DNA of 62,111 nt, counting the filler, from Choristocarpus tenellus KU-1152 (taxonomy: Eukaryota; Protista; Phaeophyceae), in the NCBI GenBank assembly GCA_964200185.2. It is 9 parts of 9 records of this genome, joined end to end, with 100 filler letters (N's around TTAATTAATTAA, not from the genome) between each part and the next. Parts side by side here need not be neighbours in the genome. Positions count along the whole stretch, not along the records: positions 10,480 to 13,251 come from CAXNAD020024880.1; positions 13,352 to 35,132 come from CAXNAD020000324.1; 7 more parts are not named here. One strand, given 5' to 3'. The position numbers and the translations under genes were made by a program. Each line of letters opens with the position of its first letter. The first letter of the stretch is position 1. Under the pieces are notes generated by a model. It was not told the origin of the DNA, ran no database searches, and saw nothing but the letters and a program-made list of their open reading frames with translations. Below are positions 12,643 to 25,800 of this stretch, piece after piece.

Positions 12643-13878
12643 AGAGTGAGGGAAAAGTATGTATCGACTCCCCTCTACTTCTAATGATATCACCTGTGTG
12701 CCCATCTAGGTTGTCCGGCAGTGGGGCGCTTCTTGTCTTAGTTACTTGTTGGTAGTGGAGGAGGGTATGGGTAGCGTTGTGGGTGTACCTGCGTTTTCTG
12801 TGGAAGAAGCTGTGGGACCGCAATTGTCTGCTGGGTTTTCATCTGTATCGGCAAATAAATGGTCAAAGATGGGACATCTGCCTCAACATTGCCTCCGCGT
12901 TCTTGACCTCCTACTCCCATATTTCCAGGTTTGATTCGTAATAGAGATCTTGTTGTAGCATCTTGAATGCAGGAGAGAAACATGGAGTGGAAATATGTTC
13001 TTGTGATTAGAGTAATGATATATAAAATGCCATCACACTTAAAGTCTTCCAAGCGGGAAGCAAGGGAAATCGCAAAAAAAATAGTATACTGTACCAATCA
13101 AGTACTGACACCGTCATATATGTATGTATCACCTTTAGAGCAACGAAGTTACGCAAATGACCACATGAGTCACAGGCGAATAAACGGCCGATTTCAAAAA
13201 TTGAGGATGGAGCTTTTCATTGAGGATGGGCTTGACTCAAAATTGACTGGGNNNNNNNNNNNNNNNNNNNNNNNNNNNNNNNNNNNNNNNNNNNNTTAAT
13301 TAATTAANNNNNNNNNNNNNNNNNNNNNNNNNNNNNNNNNNNNNNNNNNNNCCCCCCTCCCAGATACTTTGGGTCAGAGGTCTGATAATTGTTGTGGTGG
13401 TGGATGGTGGCTGTAATATGGAATAGGTTTGCCCTTGGCACAAGGACTGGATGAGAATGTTCTATGCATGAATTGGAGAACATGCATATTTACTCTGTTT
13501 CCCGCCCAAGAAGGAGATTCTCCTGTAGGGGAGAAATATTCCATATCAAGTGGATACTAGAAATGTGCTCCTGTACTACCTCAAGTCTTAAAAAAAAGGA
13601 CAAGTTTCTTCAACCTGCTCAGCGATTTATATGAGGCACTTGATATGGTAAATAGGACAATGATAGCAACATGCATCTTGCAAAGTGGTGCCGAAATAAA
13701 CCAAATGTGGTTGACACAACGATGAACACCAACCGCATTTCATCCATTACAAAAACCTTGAGGCAGTCCAAATAATGACACTATCGCATTGACTTCATTC
13801 TTGGAGGTATTATCACAGAAGCAAGCATGCTGTTGAAGTTTGTTGGGAGTCGCTGGTCTGAGTTGGAGGGGGGCTCAC

Positions 13879-16800
13879 CCGTCCTCAGACACACTCCCAC
13901 CAATAGCCCAGATATAGCTGAACACAAAAAGCTTGTCCACCAGCGGTTTTAGCTCCGATTCAGGGAGAGACCAAGCTGACTCAACCTCAGCAAGGAGGGC
14001 CTGCCATTGGAAATTATGAGGACTAACTTAGAGTAGATGTCAAGTAAAAAAGAACTGGACATAGCCTTAGCAAAATGGATTCTGTCGATAGCTGTACGGC
14101 GCACCAGGAGACTAAAACAGGTCAAAATCATTTGAGCCAAAGTATCTTAGAGGGTAGGGCAGCATCCATTTGGGGGCCAAAATCCAATTTTGCGATTTTG
14201 ATGTAACTTTGGCTATCGTATTTGTTAGGAAGTGTCAGTATCCTGTTCTGGATACACATTTTCATAACGTATACATTGTACCTACTCCTAAACATTTTGG
14301 AGTAGGAAAGGGTCATTAAAAAAAGCATGGGAAGTCAAGCCCCAAATGGACGAACAGGGCAAAACTCATACCCTCTAAGATACATTCGCTCTTTCAGAGG
14401 GTAGGAGTTTGCGCATATTTGTCCTTTCGGGGCTTGACTTCCCACAGTTTTTTTATGCCCTTTTTTCGATTTGCTGTGAACACAGTTATCTACTCCAAAA
14501 CATTTTGGAGTAGGCAAAATGTACATGCTTATGAACGGTGTGTCTGGAGCAAGGATATTGACGCTGGCTAACAAACACAATAGCCAAGAATACATCAAAA
14601 TCGCAACAATGTAATTTTGACCCCGAACGGACGCGGCCCTACCCTTTGAAATGCTCTGGATCAACATATTCTCCTCATTAATCGTTTTTGCAAAGACACT
14701 TAGGCTTATTTTTTCCTCCCTCTGATACTTCCTCCAGTTGGAAGTTCTCCAGGACACGTTATAGAACAAGGCAAGGTCTGTGATCATTTCCTGGAATTGT
14801 GATATAGTCCAATTGTTTGTAATCCTGAGCCTGTTGTTGTAAACAGTGTGTCAACCTCTCGCCACATCAAATGAAGGCGGGGTATTAGTAAAGCTCTGGG
14901 TTGATACAGCAAGAAAAAAAAATCATCCCCAGGTTAACATTTGTGCTAGAGCCCTACTTGATTAGTCTGAAGTAAACATCAGTGAACCTCCAAAGTGTAT
15001 CTATCATTGTAGAAAGAGCACACTGAACTGGAGAGTATCGTATCCGTTTTGTATACCTGAAAAATAAAGGATATTGAGGTTGCCAATTGGATATCCACGC
15101 AGCCCACAGGCTCCCTACAGTTTTTCCTCTGGAAGTCCATCCCTGCTTGTACGCACTTGCCAAACAGACCCAAGAGGTGATCCCGAGCAAACTGTGGAAA
15201 TGCTTCTGGAAGTGTAGGAACCTGATTGGACGGATGAAATACTTCTATAATCAGAGTTTCATGTTGAAATGTTTCTTTCGGGTAGCCTGCTTTCTTCCAA
15301 CAGAGGCTTCTATGCATCCAATATATTTTGCACTGCATTATAGTACGGTCTTTAGCATTGTTTGCTCCTACCCAAATACCGGAGTAGTATACTATGTACT
15401 TGTTTGATGTACATACATTTGGGTGAGTGTGGCGTTTGATTGGAATACCATTTGTTTTTCAAGTCCACAAGCATGACTGAGCGAACTTCTTTGAGCAGGT
15501 GGGGTTTCTGCATATGCTGCAAGGAGTTTAAGCCACCAGCCATACCCACCATTACAGAAGCTATTATCATCCGAGCTTGCTACTTCATGAAGACAATATT
15601 GGTTTGTCGGGGTTGACTACTGCACGGAGCAGCCGTATCAATAGCAAGTTTGGAGTACTTTGAAATGCTTCAAAGCGCAAGGCATTCCTCAGAATTATGT
15701 AACGGCTAAACTCTCTGGTCTTATTCACTCTATGCTCGAACAGTCCCCTTAGAACTTGCTTTGGCCCAAAGCAAATGCCAAAGAGCGGTAGAGGGAGAAT
15801 ATTGGGGATGGCCAAAGAATAAAACTAGGCTTATGTTCATTCTGTTGACTCTTTCACCTAACCCCACAAGCTTCTTCGCTATCTCAAGTATCTCTTCAAC
15901 TTACCCAGCTTTGTACATACGGCATCCATCCAAGGTTAGATGGGGTCATGTAGATAACACCGATACGACTAACCGTGGCGGGTGATGCTACTGCAAGATC
16001 CATGACCTCAAACAGCATCTTCATCTCAATCTGCACAATGGAAGAGAGGAGGGGAAACAAGTAATGTGCATGGTTGAGGGGAGCATGGTTGTGGTGCAAT
16101 TACATTTGTTCGTCTGATTTGCCTTGAGAAAACTACTGGGAAATATAACAGATCAATAAACACATTCATGCATATACCTGTAAGGACAAACATGCTAGGA
16201 CAGTGGAACTGCACAATACCCATGTGCTTAAGCAAGTCAGATTCATCATGCCTTAGGTGTTGACAATTCAAAAGCAGTGTGCACTACAAGAGGGATGATG
16301 ATATACTCCAGAGTAATTCAAAGTATTACATGGAAGAAGTAAGTCATACTTCTATGACTCTACATGAGTCGGGAGCCAAATTATCTTAGAGGGTAGAGCC
16401 GCGTCCTTTTGGGGCCAAAATTCAATGTTGCGATTCTGGTGTGATTTTGGCTATCGTGTTTGTTAGGAAGTGTCAGTATCCTTGTTCCGGACACACCTTT
16501 TCATAACATACACATTTTACCTACTCTGACATATTTTGAAGTAGGAAAATGTTGCAAAAACCCCAAGGGAAGCCAAGCCCCAAATGGACAAACAGGGCAA
16601 ACCTCGTACCCTCTAAGATACTTTCACTCTCGGGTGAAATTTGGTAAGGCCTACCTTAAGCTTGATACGCTCTCCATTGGCCAGGCAGAGTGTCATGTTG
16701 TCATCTAACACTGTATTCATATTCTCAATCCATAGTGCATCAATTGGTCCATCGAAGACTGTCCACCTTGACTCACCCAGCAACAACATGCCATGAAAAA

Positions 16801-19800
16801 GGCAAGCAGGAAAAGGTATGAGGACGATGCTAGGTAAAACTGGAGCAAGGATTGTTCACCTGCAGGGCCTCCATTGAGATTACAATGTTGACCATGCTTA
16901 ACTCATCAGTGGGTTGTTCAGTCTTTGTCTGAGCCAAGCAGTATTAAGGAGTCTGTAGGGTAGGGTTCACCTTCTGTGATCTCCCTCATCTACCACTGCT
17001 TTTCTCATAATGGTTGAGGCCAATCCATCATGCCATTCCTGTAGATGTTGACAAGAAACGGGTAGTGTGATATTTGAGTTGTAAGTAATCGACTCCCAAA
17101 TATTAGTAATACTTGCTCTCCCCGAAGTGACAAGTCTATTAAATGATGCAGTGCACTGGGGAGCTAGAGCTCTAGTACTAGCTTGGGTATTGGCTGGCTC
17201 ATTGACGGAGTAAAATGTGCGGTACTGACTACCCATACCAAGTGGCGAAATAGCTGTATACAGCTGGTTTGTTTTGTGTCCCTAGAACAATGGATATACA
17301 CAGGTGGTGTTTCCCTTCACTTGCCTGTGTCAACGGGTTGAATTCACCGTAGAGCTCTCCCATGGTTATGCATTTGGGATTGAGGATCTCGTATTTTACC
17401 ACCTTCCAAAGTTTGAGTAATGGGGGCGTGTGATAAGACATATTTCCCATCTTCAAGCGGAGGTGTGATCTCCTTACCAAACCTACACATTCTGTATTGA
17501 AAAAGATTATTGCAATGATTGGGATGGGTGACAAAATGTAGTATAGCAGGGTTGACATAGCAAGATAGAGCTTGAACTCAACTGTTTTCTATTTTATCCC
17601 TACCACAGATTAAGGAAATGAGGGGCAGGTAACGTTGATGCCGAAGTCTTTGAGCAAAAATGGTTGTATCACCTGAAACTCTGGGTTTGGTGATCCCCTG
17701 TTCCTGAGGTCAGTCATGACTGCCGCTAGCATTCGGTAACATGTAGTTTTTCCCGCCCCTGTTGGTCCAACTAGGGTAGCCCCAAATCGGATGTTGAACA
17801 CGTCGAACATTTGTATGATCTTGCCGATGAACAAGGGCACCTGTCAAGTTTGTGATGTTACAAATGTCGAGGACAGGGGAGTTGTAACATAGAGATATGT
17901 GGACAACAAACAAGCCACACAGAGAGTCAACACAGAATGTAATCAGGATTGTCCTCTCAGATATTATCCATTGTAGCTGCTCATTTGTCGCGTTATCAGC
18001 TCACCTTTTGAAGGCCATGCTTGTCGAGTTGCTCGTCCAAGGCCACACTGAACTCTCCATAGTCATTACTGGGAACCTCGAGGCCTGGGAAGAGGTCCTA
18101 GGTGGAGGGGAGGGGAAGGGGGGAGTCAGAAGTAGTCAATAGATTTAGGACTGTGCGGGGCCTACTGTTCGCACCACTCCAGGTCTGCAGGTGAGCACGA
18201 AAATGATAATAAGGTTCATCTCACTCCAAACCCATATACGGTAAGCGGGAGATCTTTCCACTCCCTCTCCTTAAGGACCCGTATGTCAGCAAGAGTTAAG
18301 ACACCCTTCCTACTATTCACTGTCCAAACTGATAATTTTATTGGAGGGGGATTCATTTCTTCATTCTTTCCTTCGATACAGTTTCAGGTTTTCATTGGTT
18401 TTCCCTCTGACCCATCTGGAAAATGTCAGAGGGCAAATAGAATAATACAGTTTCAACTGTTATCTCATCTTTCGCAACCTGAAAACACACTGAGACCCAT
18501 GACGTCTTATCCCACTGTCTCGGGGACTCACTTGACCCTACGTCTTTGCCACCACAATCCATGGTATCCAAATTTCAACTTGTATTCCAAATGGTGTTTA
18601 CATGTGCTCCTCATATTCTCTTAGCTTTGCTCAATCCCACAAGCAGATAGGATAGAGGGGAATATATGTCCTTCTTTAAGGCAAGGCTTGTGGATGTGTC
18701 TCCACCCTGATTTCAATAGATGAAACAAAATCCTGGGAGCTTAGACCTCGAACTACCAAAACCTTGTCAACCCTCCTCACTAAAGGATGCAAATTTAGCT
18801 CTTCACATCTTTTGAATGCTGCAAGAAAGCTCTCCACATCTACCACGCTTGACATCTCCACATCGCAAAAACACCTGCCTGCTAATTCCAACTAATAGTA
18901 ACAACACAAGACAGGGTATGAATACGTAATACTTTGTTGGTGTGCCTTACCTAGCCTCCTCTAGCTCTGCTTCTACCAAAATATGTGCTGTGCAAGCAGG
19001 GAGAGATGGAATACTTGCAGAGGTAGATGAACAAACCTTAACAATTGCAGCGAAAAGTGGTAGATCATCTGCCAAGAACTTGGGCACATTGGAGTCTACT
19101 AAAGCACGGATAAGGGTCAGATCCTCATCAACATCGGGATATCCTCGCTTTAGGGAGCCAGCCATCACCAGCACCGATTTAACTGCCTTTGGAGAGAGAC
19201 AGAGACAGAAGAGAGAGGTCAAAGGCCCTCCGATATGAAGTTTACCATCAATATGATGCCATGCTAGATAGCCGGGATCACTTCAACAAAAAGTTATATC
19301 CAGAACAAGTACTATTGGCAGGAGTTGGTGGCAATACAAGAGCGAAGATCAATCCGAAAAGAGGGGATGTGACGCTCTTAATAAAGTAGGGTGTAACGTG
19401 CTCATGGACAAAGCAAGAGTTTATGAGTAGCCACCAATCACTAGCTCAAATACCATGCCCTTTTCCTGCAAAGGCCATATGTACACGAGGAATTCAATAA
19501 TGTCTTGATATTCGAAATGGACACCATCAATCCCCTCCTCCCCCTCCCTCTCACCCGCAAACCATAATCGTAGTGTGGCTGTTGGCTGAGCTGTTCGGAA
19601 CAGAGAATATAGAGCTTGCACATCTTCCGAGAGAGGGTCTTCGCATCAGCGAAACCCTCCGCGAACAGCATGATCTCGGCAATAAGCTCATAGTTCGGAA
19701 CCATCATAGCTACCGGACGGAAGCAAACCTGAGAAATGTACGTTGCGGATAGAGTAATTGGTGCTGTGTACAGTATACAACTGTGAAACGTATGAAGTAT

Positions 19801-22800
19801 GTATCTGACTCTAAGCTTATCCATATCTGGACACCAGAGCTGAGTGAAGGCACAGCTCACGAATGGGGGGAAACTAAAAGCATAATTTCAGGTTATAGGG
19901 TTGGGGTGGGAATGGAATCATAGAAGAATAGATACAGTCGAGTAGAAGGGGTGTGTGTGTGGGTGTAAGTAATTGTGGTGGAAGCACATATAGATACATA
20001 GATATTTTTAAGAGTAGCTCATAGTGCTCCATTTTTGAGGCACATTTATTTGGGCAATAACACAAGAAGAAATCTTCCCGGTCTCAGTATCCTTAGCCTA
20101 GTCCGGGCTACTTACCCATTGGTACATGGACCAGTTGCTAGTACTCTGAGGGTGTGAGTGATAGGAATCAGGTTGTTCTAAGTATCTTACTTCTGCAATT
20201 CCTCTACAGTCTCTAGGGGGAGTATAGACACCAAGCTGAACCTTTCCTGTGCTTTTCAATACCTAAAGACCCTTTCAACATAATCCAGAGTGTATTTCAA
20301 GTGCTCGTTGTCCACAATCATTTTTGTTGCAGCCTCTCCCTTGCATAGTCTATATTTCTGGTCCTTTGCAGAGTGGGCTAGAGAGATATTTCTTGAGTAG
20401 TCACTGTGAATGGAGTGGACATTCTAAATACCCACACAATATTCTTTATCCCCAAGGAACAATTACAGGAACCTCTACCATGATCATGTCAATCAAAAGC
20501 ATAGCAACTCGACAATAGTACCCTAAATATTTCTCCTTCTCCTTTCCTCCTAGGGGCCAATCGTGGACACTGGAATGAGCAGCATTAGGCTCTAGCAGAA
20601 GATATATCCTCTACAAGCCATGATGATTCTAAGACCTAACTCTCACCGCAAGATTGTCTGGCAGCTCAGTCCGGCCTGCATAGCCTGGGTTCATGGTGAT
20701 GATTACATGGTGATCCTTGAGCGCAATTTGCACCCCCATAAAATTAATATCTGACTTGCCCATCACCCGACCTTCCCTCAAGACCAAGAGTTGTTGAGCA
20801 ATCACCGATAACACCTTCGTTGTCCATTTGTGAAAAGGGGGGGAGGGAAGAAACAGTGGCAACAACTTGACCGACTTTGTGTGTTCTTATGGGACTGTGT
20901 CGTCCAAGATCACATCTATTTGTTTATTTTCTCAAAATAACTGGGAAGTGACTGTACTGGCTGCTAAGTTCATGACCAGATATAGGAATATGTACTCCTA
21001 CTAGTAGAATTTCGTGTATATCTCTGAGAAATTTCGAGTGGTGGACATGCTCTACATGCTACTAATCTGCAAGGATCGAGGCTTCAGGGACTGTAGGAAG
21101 AGTTCACTGCAAGAAAGTGTACAACAGGTGACAGAGGATCATGACGAGTTGAACAACTGAGAGGTCACACACATGATAAAATTACATACACTCCATTTTT
21201 TATTTGAACAACTCAGCACAGAGCAGGGCTTTCCACACAATGAAAGGCCCTTCTTCGATTTCTTCTTATGTGATCCTCAATTCTGAAAGAAAAACAAATA
21301 GCGTAAATGGCATTTACTAATATATGTGAATTTAAAATGCAAAAAAGTCCAAAATTACCTATATCTCTTCGTTGGTTTAACTCATACTGGGTAGTATAAA
21401 GCACAGTACTCCGCTGATATTACCACTTCAAAATCTAAATATCTGTCTATCACAGTTTTTTCAAGAATCGGAGTAGAACGCACTACCTGCCAATGCATAC
21501 GAAATAATGGTGACAGAAAAAAATTGCAGTAGGAGACCATGTCACCAATGTATCAGACATAGCATTAACATATGTTTGAAGTAGTCATTGCTATTGTTCA
21601 CACTGCCGAGATGAAAACCAATGAGTTACACCAAATGGAGCATCTCAGGATCCCGTACCTCAATGTCTATGCGGTTGAACTCATCGAGACACACCCAGGA
21701 TCCACCCTGGGCAAGCCCCCTAAACAGCTTCCCCATCATTTTGTAGTCAATTTGGTCTGAGCAATTAAATACCACACACAATATGCCAATCGCCTTGGCG
21801 AGATCTTTTGACGTCTCAGTCTTGCCAGTGCCGGCAGGGCCTGCAGGTGCTGCGCCCAGCTTTAGCTCGTAAGAACCGGTTAGTGTAAGCCAGCAGCGAT
21901 CCGTGAGGGGGGTGATGACAAGACGACTGCATGAACGCAACCATTCGGGCCACAGTATTGGATGCACGAGGTTGGTAGAGTTGATAGGTAGATCGGTCAA
22001 TGGAGGAGTGTGTGGTAGGTTTGTGCATGAAGGGTCAGTGTGTGATAATAGTTACAAATTTGTGGAACGAATTAATTTGGTCTGAAGTGTGAAGGACATT
22101 TCATGTTAGTGCTAAGGATGGGACTTAGCAGCATTGTGGTAGGAGATCAAGCAAAGGTTACTCATTGATGGACTGGATGTACTACCTCTGTACCATAAGT
22201 TTGTGCCGCGAAATATCTGGGCTAGCTGAGTGAGAACGGTGTCGAATCAGACGATAACCCTAACCCTAACCCCACAGAATGAAATCAGGTTGACAATCTC
22301 TGCTTTCAGAAAAGGTGGGGATCGAGGATTTTCAGGTACAACCTTTAGGTGCTTCAAGCCGTCAAAGTCAGGGTCTTTTGGGGTAATTTTGAGGCCAGAA
22401 CTGGGCACGTCGAGGGACAGAACGTCGGCATGGCAACCCCCGCGTCGTTACTTGAGGATTCACTACAGTGTATGCACGAGGCTATTGTATAGTGTTGACA
22501 TTATGGTAGACTAGCAAAGGTATCCCTCGTGTCTAGTGTTAGGCGAGGGTTTTCACGTTTTTATCCTCAATCATGTGTCAACAACCAGAAACAGGGACAG
22601 CCACTCACTGCAAGATTGCAAGGAAACATGAGCATCTACAAAAGGTTTTTTGACGAGATTGCTCAAGTTGGCGATCAGCATCGCGTATTTGCATTCCATT
22701 TGAATCTATTATTCAAATCAAGAAAGGACTGATGTTGCACCTGGTAGCGCCCATGTATTCATATCCATAGCGCACTCGAGCATCAGAGTGGCGGATTAGG

Positions 22801-25800
22801 CAGTCATCCAAGTCCATTTCCCAGTAGTAGCGAAGTTGTTGCTGCCACGTGAAGTTCTGGATGGAGTCCACCTGGACATAGTGCAAAGTACATGCTTCGA
22901 AATGTTATACTGAAATATTGACATGGCATTATTTCTACAGAGCTGGCGCAAAACATCAAAAGAGCTACTCCTTGTTTGGGGCTAAACTGATACAATGACT
23001 CACAGGGGAAATATTGTGGGATCTCCCAATCTGGGAAGCTCTCCCCCTTGTATATTCCAAGGAGATATTAAAAGGTCGTGCTCATCTGAAAGATCATAAT
23101 ACCTAAAGGAACAGTCTGTACCATACTCATTCATCTTCAGGTCTTATTTTTCCACCCATGCAACCAAACCCTTAGAGAACACTGTCCTTGCATGGTTGCT
23201 ACGTGGTCACATCGAGTAACACGCTTATAGCCAGAAATTGCCCTCCCTCTACCTTATGCAGGAATGTATGCGTGACACTTGGGTTTGGAGGTACGTGTGT
23301 GGGCACATACATCCTATGACGTTACGTTTTATTTCTGCTATGCAATTCTAAAGACAAGAATGGCATCAGTATCACCAACTTCTCTCCTAGCTTACCTTGC
23401 TTTCATGAAGCTCCTCGATAATGTCTCGAGCATGCACGTCGGTTGTGACAAGGGCAACGATCACCTTCCGCTCAAGCTTACTGAGGTCGCTTCGGATCTT
23501 GATGATAAGCTTTGTCAGCTCAACTACGTAAGTATCAAACCACCTTAAGGGGTATTGATAATAAGGAATGAACATGAGGTATATGCGGCAGGATAGATAT
23601 TGCACCCCAAGAACATGGGTTAGGCAGACAGATAAGGACTGGGTTTAAGGTTGGTATGGACGAAAATTCATGAGTGGAGGTAGACGGAATGAAATGAGGA
23701 GGTTTTGTAGAAAGGGGTCAGGGGTGTTGTTGTGGTTGTAAAATGGTCCAGGAATTGTCAAAACCTAGAATAGCAAGCACTTGAAGAGTTTACCTCAGAG
23801 CACATCAGCATACTCCAAGGATATTAGGTAATTCACAAACATTAATAACTTCAAGTCTGCGATTATTCTCAGATAGTAATGAGCAAAATAACCCACAGGG
23901 TAAAATATACATTTCCTGATAGTACAGCTTGGTCTTCATGTTGACAACCTCTGTCCAACAGATTCAGAAGCCTGGCCTTTCGGCAAGAACACTGCGATGT
24001 TCTGAGTTGTATACTGTTCCAACATAAATGAGAGGTACCCAGGGTTGCAATTTAAGGATGAGTCAAAGTATCTTAGAGGGTAGAGCCGCATCCATTTGGG
24101 GGCCAAAATCTATTTTTTCGATTTTGCTGTAATATTGGCTATCGTGTTTGTTAGGAAGTGTCAATATTCATGTTCCGGACACATCTTTTCATAACGTATA
24201 CATTTTACGTACTCCTAAACACTTTGGAGCAGGAAAATGTCATAGAAAAATCCATGGGAAGCCAAGCCCCAAATGGAAAAATAGGGTAAAACTCGTACCC
24301 TCTATGATACTTCCAATCGGATGCCGACAAATATGTGCAAATTACAAATTTTTGCACAAACGCACATAGGAAGTTTTCCGAACCCTGTCCAAACATTTCA
24401 AAGAACATAGAAACCAATGCTCTGAAATCGATGTTAATACCTCATCCATAGGAATATGGGGAAATTACAAAAGATGAATAAAAATGGTTTTAAACTCAAA
24501 CGGCCAAAACCTGGGTACCTCTCATTTATGTTTGCTCAGCCTGGGCCTAACAGAGCTAAACTTCTCAACAAGTCCACAATATCCAGCACACACACACCCC
24601 ACTTCTGACTTAAAGCATTTGTAAGACTTTTCCACAAATCCTGGAGTGACCTACTTTTTCATCTCCGCCACTGAATTCTCAGCCCTGAGAGCCATTTCTG
24701 TTCCCCGTGCCCATGTCATCTGGGCTACGGTTGCCACCACCTGAAGTCGAGCACAGCAAATATATCAGAACAGTAAAATTCCCCACAAAAAAGTGGAAGG
24801 AAAGAAATTCGTGCTCTCTATAACTGTCTTGGATTCAACAACTAACTGTGACACTACTGCTGGGGGAGAACACACCGATTTTACTGTACCTCTAAACGCC
24901 AACTGATGCGCGAATTTCGCACAAGCAGGGACTTCCTGCCCTATTGCATCATTGTGCAAAGCCTTGAGGACAGACCCTCATACTTTTCAAAAACGCAAAA
25001 AAGCCTTGAGGGGATGGAAGCAAAATAGCATAGATATCATGATCTTTTTGCCCACAATAGTAATTGAGGGGCACAACTATAGGTGATATCAAGTGTAGTC
25101 GTTTCATTTCCTATGACCTGTGTCCCCAATTGTCTTCTATCCTTGCACCATGACCCTGATCCGCAAAAAATAAAATGAGGTTGAAAAGTCTAGGAGAGGA
25201 CTAAAGTAATGGGAAGAGAGTTTGGCGATAAAACTTGTGTGTACAATGCTCAGTATATTGCCTTTGCAGTTTAGCGGACTTGCAACATGATCATGAACAA
25301 GCACTCTGTCTTGTCCCACCTTGTCCCCTTACAGTTGAGTTAATCAACCCGTTTTACCTGGCCAGGGTGGTCGCCTACCCACTCATCGCGGGGTTTTGTG
25401 TCATAGTCGAGAAGACCGGCCTTCATAAAGCCATGGAGCGAGGATTTCATCCTTTGCTCCACCTGCCATTGGAGGCACAGGTTAGGGGGTGGGAGATAAG
25501 GGGCAAGCCCACACCTTGTCCAAACTACTACAGACACAGGAGGGGATACTGACAGCCTGACTAAAAGTTCTATAAGTGGTCAAGGATAAGGTTGATCCTC
25601 CTCTTGCCTCGGGTCACTTGACTCTTGGGCAGTACCTTCCCCTGTATAGGCGGAGTGTAGGTCTGAAAGGTAGTAGGACTTTGAAATCCTACTGAGATAA
25701 AAGGAGAATAGCAGTGTCTCCGGCTCTCTGAGTATTTTTAGTGTGGGGCAGAGCTTAGGACAAAGGTATAGTCACCATGGCCTAAGGCTATGATAGCCCA

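Noticed and set aside
15585-15815. ORF as an extra dynein exon
   Set aside because: Exons 15905-16030 and 15057-15221 join in frame with dynein-like sequence without it.
16460-16708. Recurring small ORFs ([34 protein letters not shown]) as a multigene peptide family
   Set aside because: They are translations of MITE family A. Frames and stops vary between copies.
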